Positions 53,785 through 64,000 of a stretch of DNA of 64,000 bases are shown here, one piece after another. The stretch spans positions 904,736 to 968,735 of the forward strand of contig CM082596.2 of NCBI GenBank assembly GCA_040954595.2, in the 5' to 3' direction. The DNA is from Balanoglossus misakiensis (taxonomy: Eukaryota > Animalia > Hemichordata). Below the pieces are notes generated by a model that saw only the letters and a list, made by a program, of their open reading frames with translations, did not search any database and was not told the origin of the DNA. Position 1 is the stretch's first letter. Every line of letters starts with the position of its first letter. The position numbers and the translations under genes are program-made.

Positions 53785-56700
53785 GCATCCTCGTCAGATC
53801 TCCCTCCAACATTGCAGTGTAGTTTGACCCTGATGTAGCTCTGGCTACGTTAAGAATGCAAACGTACAATTTATCTTTCCTAATCTAATGACATTTCCGC
53901 ATTGCACAGTTGTGATGGCAACAAATATATCAAACTATTGTAACCTTAAACAAATAGGATACCGATGAATTTGGCAAGTCAAATGTCAATTGAATACCCT
54001 TGTTGTCCTTCAGACAAGTGGAAACTTGTAGAATGGACGCATTTTTCATATCAACTGTGCAAATAATCAAGGGTGGAACATTGCGGCCATGAGCAGTTTA
54101 TGGTTTTTCTTCGCTATAGAAACCGATTTTAGTGTCTGTGGCAATCACTTACACGTTTATGGCTGAAACCACTCAACAGTTTTAGTCTCTTGTTGTAATA
54201 CTGTGCCTTTTCAGAATGGCATGGTCTGTGACAGTACAAAACTGAACTACTCCAATGACAGATATCATATGTAAATTTCCATGATAGAAAAGGTTGCATA
54301 CGACGCATTTTCATTCAAGCAATACATCATTCGATGCATACAATTCCATACATATACAAACTTACATGAAATGTTCTATTGTGTCCTATTGGCATGATTG
54401 AGTTCTAAAGTTTTATCTGCAGGGGTGGAATGTGTTCAATAAATGGCCAATTTGGTCTACCATTAGACACTGCTGTATAGAAATAGTGTGCAAAATTTTC
54501 TTCATCGTTTAATTATTGTATTCAGCTGTAAGCACATACACATCATGGCCGTCATTTGAACCTAAGCTACCGTAATTTCAAGTCAAAGGAAACAACTTTA
54601 CGCTCTGATCACATTATGGCGACTAATGGGTCACTTTGGGCTTATCAGTAACACGTTTTGAATAGACACCCAGTTGCACTATGGGAAACCCCATTTCCTC
54701 TTTGCACAAAACTGATTGATGCTTTACGTCATTATCGCCGTATAATAATAAAAGTTTCCTATTACTGTGTGCCCAAATCCACCCTAAACAAAACTGTCTA
54801 AATCTAATCTGAGTTGCAGACAGAAAATTCGAGTTGCTCTATTCATCATTCACTACACGTTCCATCTCAATTTCCTCTAAGGATAACCATTATTACTGTT
54901 ATGTTTTTAGGCTATTAACATTTGCCATTGAAACTGTAATTTCGTTGTATTTTTGCAGACACTATGTGAATGTCTAACAGAAAATTGCCTACTTCATTGT
55001 CAAACCTGAATAGCTCACCAAATCCATCGATAAACTAGGTTTAAAATTTAATCATAATCTCTAGGTTTTCATGTAGGAAGGAAGTCTTTGAAGATTTCTT
55101 TAAATGCTTGCAATTTTCTTGATAAGACACATTAGGTCAGTGCTCAGTGTGGTACGTACTCATTTGAAAAAGACGAATTTTCTTGCAGCTTTCTTATTTG
55201 ATTATACGTCAATCAGAGATGTTCAGAATTCATGATGCTACGTCCTTTATGTGTTCAGACAAACATTCACCTTACTCCTGTGTCGTGAGAAATTGTGGAG
55301 ATAATCTCCATTAAATGTCATAAAAGTGATGTCACATCAGATTAATTCATCGCAGAATTCTTCAAAGACATTCTTTGAATGACCAGACTTTCACTTTACT
55401 CATATTTGAAATTTGACTGGAATTTTCAACAAGCGACCGATACAGCCCCACTGTGATACTTTGCATTATAAAGAAGGAGATCGATATCGTGTTCGAAGAG
55501 CCCTTGTTAAAATTGAAATTCATTCATTTCTGTTTTCCAGAGCTGTTTATAATATGTTTAATGCAAACAACAGTACCAACTTTGTACAGTTCAAACGGTG
55601 ATCATAAATAATATCACACATGTTTTTGGCAAATAAATCAAGTGTATATGTTTAACACACGCTATTATATGCTTCTACAAACATGAAGTGCTATATAGAC
55701 ACCCTGATATGATGATGGATCATCATCTAAGTGAAAGCATTGGACTAAATTAGCAAGTACATGAAATCTGCACATTGAAGACAAGAAAATAAGTTATGGA
55801 TATAAATAGTGTATTTCTAAATCTGTATCACAAGTTTTAACGGTCTACATAATGTAGGCTTCAGTTTATGTCAATAATTCAGAATTGGAGTCCTTTAGTT
55901 CTGCTAATCTGTACGTCAGATGTTTATGATGTGGCATAAATCAGATTCCCGTTAATTCCCATTTCATCCAACCCGTCTTCCATTTCGTGGCAGCCATCTT
56001 TTGCTTTTTCTCACTAATCCCAAATTTGTCAGCTACACAGACTATGTACCTCATCAAAAAGTCCAGGAAGTGTACATGCTCCCTTCAACAGGACATGGTC
56101 TATCAAATAATGTTATCTATGATTCATTTCCATGGTAAACAGTCCTCCATTTTGTGATACATATACACACCTCAGCCAGGGAGGAAAAACCTTGCAGTCT
56201 TTGATTACTCAAAGATACAGAACTCAAAGCGATACACAGCAGGTTTGATCCCTTAAAATGCACTTTATCTCCTTTTATGTGGTTATCATACAAGATTATC
56301 AGATCGCGACAGGGTATATGACGTCAAAGTGGGAAAAAGCACGATAAATAAACGAAATTTTACTTGTTGATGTTAATCTCAGGAAGAGCTAACAAAGACA
56401 GGCTAAGTACAATCTTTTAATCCTAAAACCTGTTGTATTGTTCATCAAATTGTCCCTTGGTGGAGAATATATATTTCACACTGTAGTAAAACATGAAAAC
56501 CACAAACCATCATTTGGCATTCAGCTGACCTTTAATCATCAGAACTTAAAAAAATGAATGCAAGGATTTCTGAGTTTACTCAGGCATGCGAACAAACCCA
56601 ACATTTGTGGGTAATTTCCTTTCAGAACACAACACGCATTATTCAAAACTCAGAATGTTAAAGCTTAATTGGCTGAACATGTTGGCTTTCTCCAACGTAA

Positions 56701-58316
56701 GGTTTAGAGCGTTGGCCAAATCCCATAATACCCTGAACTAAACATGGAAAATTGCCACGATTACCCTCAAATAGAAAGGATTTTCGATGAGCAACTGCGC
56801 ATGACAACTATAATCCTCTCAATGTTGGACTTCCATATCATCTTCCAGTCCTTGTAAATCATCAATGCCATTCTGGCAAACATCTTACTTTGCCTCCTAT
56901 TTTCCAAATGTTAATATATATAACAAGAAACAGAAACGGTACTAGCCAAATATAATGACTAGAATTTTATTATTTATTTCCTTTAAAAAATTCAAAAGTG
57001 ATAGATTTTAGATGGAGCAAGCTACTCTGTGCGCTCGCGATCAAGAGATACGTGTTACAATCAGGCAATTCTAAGGCCGGTATTGTAGGTAATTGATGAG
57101 TTTATCACAGCTGCAGTGACAAAGAAATGAGAGAAAGCAACCAGACACATTTTATCGTCTTCTCACCAATCTTACTGTCATGACAGACATTGCTACATGG
57201 TTGTCAAGTAGGCAGTCCAGTACATTGTGTTTCATGAAAGCACATTTACACGATTATTTTGACCGGCACAAATGCCTGTGTCACGACTCAATGTTACCTC
57301 CATCATATGTCAGCTAAACATAATTTTTAGTGTTGCTAATGTCCATCAGATGTCACGATGGTTGGTGATTTCTCTGTAAATCAGTGGCCATATGAAAATA
57401 GCTTATCTTTAAAAAAAGTTTCGCAACAGATAATTTGACATTTTGACATAATTAAATCATAAACACTAAGAACGGTAGGTTATTGTTGTTACAGTGCAAC
57501 ATTTTATGGTTAATGTTTTGAGTGCCTATGATACATAAAACCGCGAAAGCACATGCTACAAGCTGGAGTTACTTATCGGCACATCTTGCATGTGCTGCAT
57601 CATGTCTATATCCTGGGAAACAAACCTGCCCAAGCTATTTATGAGGGTGTCACCTCTGAGGTGGTGTAGTGGGAATAACAAATTGACATGTCGTATCAAG
57701 GAAGAAGTCTATGACCTTGACATTTACTCCAATGTGGATACGCTGTGACTGGGAAGTCTTAAATCTAAAAGGTAATACTGGCGCACAGATTGCATATTAC
57801 CAGTGAGAGACGGTGTCAAAGATATTTAAATCTGATAACAGACATGGAGAGTTGGGTTTGTTTAACTAGTACACCTTGGCTCCACTTTCAACTTTTCACG
57901 TTTTATATTGACTATTCTACACGCAAATTTAACCGGCTTTCGACAACATTATCTGTATATACTTCAACTAAGTGCTGGTATCCCGGTAGAATTGTAGTGT
58001 CAAGCCTCAAACAGAGCAGCACCTTTGCAGACTCAATTCGTTGCCTGGGAAACAAAGCCATCTGGGAATTCTAATTAGTTGGTCAAACAGCAGTCTGGTC
58101 AAATTAGAAAGTAATCAATGGCATCATAACTTATGACTTTATAGATGTTGCTAGATTTATGCGAACGTACAAAATTAGCCTCGATTTTTTTGGCTTGTTG
58201 CACACCAGATGCGGCATGCGACAGCTGATGGCACAGACGAATCTGGCCGTTCATGTTTGACTGCATGTGAGGATGCTCTCTAGCTTGATGTTAACGCAAA
58301 ACAAAATCCGTGTTAC

Positions 58317-58362
58317 CTTTTCCAGTTGTTCTCATTCTGACGAGACGTGGACCTCGACGCAT
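58317..58362 (-). CDS. Candidate distal first coding exon of PDE1
   Basis: accATG CGT CGA GGT CCA CGT CTC GTC AGA ATG AGA ACA ACT GGA AAA G|GTAACA gives MRRGPRLVRMRTTGK, phase 1. Lies in a CpG-richer patch, with CCAAT motifs, an X-box (58750-58763) and TATAAAA (58765-58771, minus strand) upstream. No homology evidence. Confidence 0.33.
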
Positions 58363-58749
58363 GGTTCTTGACGATGACTGATGTCTAACTCAGTAAAAGG
58401 CGAGGAGCAAACGTGCTTGTCGGCTGATATAGCTTGTTTACAGTTATGCACAGCGCGGATGTATGTACCTGTGGGGTTGTGACTGTTCTGTGTATGCGTT
58501 ACAGGTTATGGAGCACGCTGAGACGTGACTGGAATGGCAATCCGTACAAGCCGTGGAAACCACATGCGATCGAGGTACGCGTTTTGTAGTCTCTCGCTAA
58601 ACTAACCACTTTCATACTTCGGTTACAATGCCAATTATAGGACTGTTTAACAGCCCTGACCCACGCTGATAGCCAATCGCATGATAGATGATTATAAATG
58701 CAGGTCAACAAATTTCGCTGGACTTCTACACGACTTTGCGGGTAAAACT

Positions 58750-58763
58750 GTTGCCATGACAAC
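58750..58763. promoter_or_regulatory. RFX X-box upstream of the candidate distal exon
   Basis: GTTGCCATGACAAC, one mismatch from the palindrome. Confidence 0.45.
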
Positions 58764-61017
58764 ATTTTATAATCAGATCTCAAGGAATCATTAAATGCTC
58801 AATAGCACGAAAAAAGTATACCGGTAACTCTCTTGTTGCATTAGCTCTCATCTCCCACAAATAATACTTTATAAACTGATTCTATAAGTCAAAGAAAATG
58901 TGTTAAACGTTGTAATATCTCCAACCAAGTTACAATAAGTGTTTAAATGTAAAGACCGATTTCTATTTAAAATTCCTGGAAATATTGTGTCCGCCAGAGG
59001 GCGTACCACTAAATCAAAAGCTCTCTTGAACAAAAAAGGTGTGTGGCACTATGGTTTAAATAATTGATGACGAAGATGGGGATAATTGGCCTTCGCGGAT
59101 GTGGAGAGTTGTTTAGTATTGAGGAATAAAAGCACAGTTTGATACATGTGATAGAGCTGCAGGGATAATTTTTTTTGTAATGCAGAATAATGAATAACAC
59201 TACAGCATCGGAGTATACATTTTTTTCTCTTTAAATATGGGCTCAATTTTCACATTAGACAAGGGAGAAAATGTTTCCTCGGAGCTCCTTTTTTATGATT
59301 TTTAAATTTTTATCATCTTTCATTGAAATGTGTAGAACAAAATACATACTTCATCATTGATAGATGGGACTGGGTCATTTGACATTATTTTGAAACTACT
59401 TGGTTAACATTTCAACAGGATGAAAGAAACGGTACTATAGTATAATGAAAAACCAGTGGTGTTATGACAATAAAGGAATGAAAACCTTTGTTTGTGTCTG
59501 TGATGTCCTTCATCATGGAAATCATATTAGGAGACATTTATCCTTAGCAGTAATTAGGAGACTCCTATATATAGATATTAGACAGGCAAACTACTTAATG
59601 TTGTATAAATCCGGTAGGACGTTGATCTAAAAATGTCACACACTGCATGAACGAGACTTGTTCGTTATGAAAACCATGACAACCATCGCTCACAGGGAAT
59701 TCATTCATGGTTCATTAAACAAACATAATAACACAAGGTCTGCATGGATTGGTGTATATGCGTCATCTCATGCAGATGCGTTCGACAATGCAAAGGACTT
59801 CCAAACCACCCACTCGTGTAATAACAGCATGGCACTCAGACCTGTGTGTCCAAAGGCTGAATGCATGCCACATTTGTGGTGTAATTATTCGTTATATTAG
59901 ACTCAAGAAAAATGTTTTTATTCAATGCTACTGTAGCCCAATCGACAAGGGCCTCAATTAGATATTGCCTTATGATGTAAGATAGTATGGGGTCGAAGGT
60001 TTGAGGAAATTACTAAAAATGCTGTTTTGTTGTTCTTTGAATAAATTTCTTGTATTTGGTTATCATCCGTCAAGTCAGATGACAAATCACTCATTCTTTT
60101 ATAGCCAAGTTGAAGAAGATTTTTTTAGCAAAAATTCACATTGTTGCCCAGATGAGGGCGCTGTATGGTAATGGTTTCTTAGCAACAAATCCAGGGAATG
60201 TGACTATGGTAAATTATGCCGAAGAACATGGAGGAAGCAATTCTTTTTTGGGGTGGTAAATGTAAGTCCGGATCTGCATTTTTTTCGCAATAAACATTAC
60301 TTGCTGAACAGTCTCTGTGCTTGTTTATTTTTCTTTATTGTCTTATCAGTTGCTAATCCAGAATACCAGCTATCACATTTCCCATTAAGCACCTGCTAAT
60401 GACTTAATCTGTGTGCTCCATCCACAGATTAAGTTGAGTAAACATCAGTCAGCTAGCCAAGTAAGAACTGACCAATACTTTATCCTGAGATTTCTCAGGA
60501 GCTTTGCGGAAAACAGACTGACAAATCAAATCATAGATATATTGAACAGGCAAGTCAAGATATTGGTGAAAACAAAAGAGGGTAGTTGTCATATGCTTGA
60601 TGGCGCTAACACTGACTTCACTTTTGAGGATATAGAGCGAGCTGCCCCGACTTCGTTAAAAATCATTGTTACTTGATATTGAAACAAGATTATATTAATA
60701 TCCTCAGTTGTCATTTGATGTTTCATTTCTAAGCATTTGCACAGAAAAGGTCGTTCTCCTTTGACATTTTGGGTAGTCTACTTAATATTGAATAGCTATC
60801 AAAAGCACCACCTTAAATTATAGAATAGCAAACACTCTTATAAAATTATGCCATTGTGACACTTTCACTCTTCAGTAACATACATGTAAGGGCCTAACCA
60901 TTTGTGCTTGCAAAATCACTAAAAGATTTATGTTGCCTTAAACTGAATTCATTTGAATTGACAATCTTCGTTACGTTTATGAAACTGACCTTTCTGTCAT
61001 AAAATTTGTTTTCACTG

Positions 61018-61523
61018 TGACGTCATACGTTGAAATTTGAACTCTGCCACAACCTGGGGCTAAAATCAAAGGTTAAATAACAACCTTAACTGAGTGCTGT
61101 CTCATTAGTATTTGGGGTCATTCCACAATGAATTTAATCTGCGCAGAAGGGCAATCGGTCGTCATAGACCCAAGCCAATGAAATATTATTTGTGTTCGAA
61201 TTATTGAAATTTAGCTACATATTTTCTCTATGAACTGAGAAAACATTCATGGTAGGAGTGTTTCCCGCCTGTGCAACCGTAACCTATAGGATCAAGAGAC
61301 TAACAAGATGCCCTTCCTTGGTAAACAGGCAAAGAAATTCAATGGCAGAATGACAATAAACGTGAAGTAAGGAGTGATGACGTCAAATGGATTTTTCACT
61401 TTGTACAAAAGGCAAAAAAACGGACATCCTGTAATTATTTGAATACTCGAGTTCGGCACAGGTTTCCGTAACATTGGAGAAAAACTGAAGATGTTGTGTT
61501 TTCCTTTCGGCGATGTGACGTCA
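61018..61523. promoter_or_regulatory. Cluster of three full CRE palindromes
   Basis: TGACGTCA at 61018, 61378 and 61516. Confidence 0.35.
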
Positions 61524-64000
61524 TCAGTTGTACGTTATTAATATTTCAAGTCAAAAGTGAAATTTATTCTTCGATGTACGTAAACTGTGATGACAGGAGA
61601 ACAGAATAAAGATAAACTGAACAGAGATGGGTTACAGAAAAACATGGCTTCTTTCCACGAGATTCATATCACATTGGTTGCCATGGTATCAACTGGTCTG
61701 AAACGTGTGTGGTGTTTTTCATGAAACCTGATAAAGGGGATCATCATTCTGTTGTAAAGAAGCAAAATGCAGACTAATATTTGTAATCATGCTGAAGGTT
61801 TGGTTTATCCACACACAAGGTCTTCTTTGGGGGAAGTTTTTAAAACATTTATGATCCAATTATAAACGCATCTTGCAAAGAGCATGAATGCAAAGAAGTT
61901 AATAGCGATCGAATATATGTCAAATAATGATTGCAAGTTTCGCCAGTGGATATGTGCAAGTGCGTGATCATGAGATAGGCACTGGCGATTCTTTGTTATT
62001 GACTTGTTATCACTCGATCGGGGGATGAGGATATTAACGGTAAACCTTAAGACTTGAAGATCAACCAAGATATTATCACAGCGTAATTTTATATTATTTT
62101 GTAATGATCACTTCTGGCTTGTGAGTTGTATGGACCTTAATACCGGTATAAGGTATATTAGATATTTTGATCATAACTGGTTATTGTTAAGCAAAAAGCG
62201 TTGAAAGCAGATTGCCTTTAGTCAGAGAACACAAGACATGTACGCAAGAAAACAAACAGACTTTACAGCAGTTATAATTCTTGTTCCGGTAATACCACGG
62301 TTGAAGAAGCTATGGATACGGTACATTGGCTTACACAAATGAAAGTCGTGTAGAAACGTGGCTTGCTTACTACGACTTGTTTTTTATTTGACCATTGCAA
62401 ATATCGCTGATATATTTTAGTTGTACAGCTTTAGTACACCACCGATAGTCACAGTAGTGAAATGACTACGTGATATGTAGATTAATGTGCAGTATCCCGT
62501 AGCACTGACACGCCCAAGCACATACAACCAGGATGAAATCACAAGCTACTCATCGCGGATTGCCAGAGGAACGTATAGTAATAACACTTTGCTTTCCGCA
62601 AGCAGTCGTTGTGAACGTGATGCTGAATGAAGAAGTGGATTCATGTGACTGCCAACAGTCTGTCCGACAACGTTTCTATCAAACTGCTATAGAATAGCTA
62701 ACATTATATGGAATATCTGCTGTTATACATATCGGCGGAAACAAAACAACCACAGGTCATGAAGTTAGGATAGCGTGCTGAAAGCGTTTATCGGTTATTT
62801 GGAATTTTGTTATCTCAATAAAATTATTTGCATTAATGTAAAACTATTTAATTGAGAAAACGGAAACACACTTTTAGTTACTGATCCCTACAGTAATGCA
62901 ATCTAGTCGTGACGGATGCCTTTGCCCCAGAGTAGTACATTGGTAACATGTAATGCAATTTTCAGCTGTAATGAATCTGTAATGAAGCTGTACGGATTCA
63001 CAGACAGTTTTCTCACACACACCGACACAGAGCAGGAATAAATTGATGGCTGATTGCACTTGTACTAGTCAGTTAGTCGGCGGACAATACTACATAGGTC
63101 GCCTGTAATTTTCTGTCAAAATACATGTACCAGTGAGAATTGACACACCGTGATCATATTATTGAACTGTCGGCAATCCTGATACACTATTAGACTGATC
63201 AGGGAAAGCAGTTAACCTGGTATTGTTGCGAGCAAACATATTTACACCTCCGGGTACCCCAACAAAAAGAATGTGACAAGCAATCACAAATTGAAATCTC
63301 ATTCGAAGCAAGGCTCTATGCGCAAAGGTCAATAAAACAGTTCAGAATCTGGAAGTATCGAGGTCGCAGTACATGCACTATTTGCCTGGTGACATCATTT
63401 ATTTCATTCGAGGTTTCCTATACCTGTGAAACATTCACACTGTTCATGTTCTTTCTCTAAGCCATCTAGCGTCACCCCTCCCCAACCAGCTATATAAATT
63501 AGCTAGATATACTCTCACACCACGTTCGTAGTTGCATCTTTGATAGTATGCTTAACATAAATGTATGGCATCTTGGAATCTTACATGTATATGCCTTCTC
63601 ATTAGAGATATCAATCATACCGGGCGAGTGTAAGACCCAGCTTAAATTCTACTACATAAGAACAGACACCTTATGTTTGTGACATGTATATTTATGTATC
63701 TTGGACACGCAGAAAATACTAGTTCGTGAAATCTTAAAAGACACTGACAGAAAATGTCGGCCTGTTCCAGATTAAGCTTATGGATTTAACTTTCGTCCTT
63801 TCCGGCGGAAGGTTTTCGACAGCAATTGTAATATATGTGCGCTTCTCACAAAATTAATATAATCTGATTACGAGTCCATGTCAATCAGAATGATGCAGGT
63901 GTCACTCTTGAAGTGACAGTATAATCATGCAGAATGCCATCAGTTATTGGTCATCTAAAGTAATTATTATATCCCCCTGAACATATTATGGTTCATCAAG

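Noticed and set aside
1-64000. Prokaryote-type systems (CRISPR arrays, operons, rRNA/tRNA genes) and the remaining short ORFs
   Set aside because: I saw no repeat-spacer arrays, RNA gene signatures or long ORFs. The sequence is spliced eukaryotic DNA and the other ORFs show no recognisable domains.

Overview
AT-rich, intron-dominated animal genomic DNA. It is probably an invertebrate deuterostome such as a hemichordate or echinoderm, judged only from the frequent TACATGTA motif and repeat style. The window holds the 5' part of a Ca2+/calmodulin-dependent phosphodiesterase gene (PDE1/PDE1C-like) on the minus strand; the catalytic exons lie left of position 1. Three phase-compatible exons, two of them absent from the ORF track, are well supported: 29488-29569 (MATRKDFPKFKKCKSATFNIDGYSYMI), 4788-4850 (VANERAAK...) and 1495-1777 (...DLKKNLEYAASVLEAVYLDETR). 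Together they give a PDE1C long-isoform-type N-terminus. Weaker but phase-consistent candidates extend the gene upstream (37955-37991, 58317-58362) or start shorter isoforms (230-255, 9685-9700 and others), several near RFX X-boxes. The introns contain a 941-bp Tc2/pogo-type MITE with perfect TIRs, a decayed Harbinger transposon, several small MITE relics and two (CAT)n microsatellites. Nearly all other track ORFs look spurious. I see no clear new biological system; the best lead is the multi-promoter, modular PDE1 N-terminus with a possible recursive splice site. Vertebrate sequence comparisons are recalled from memory, not from a search.
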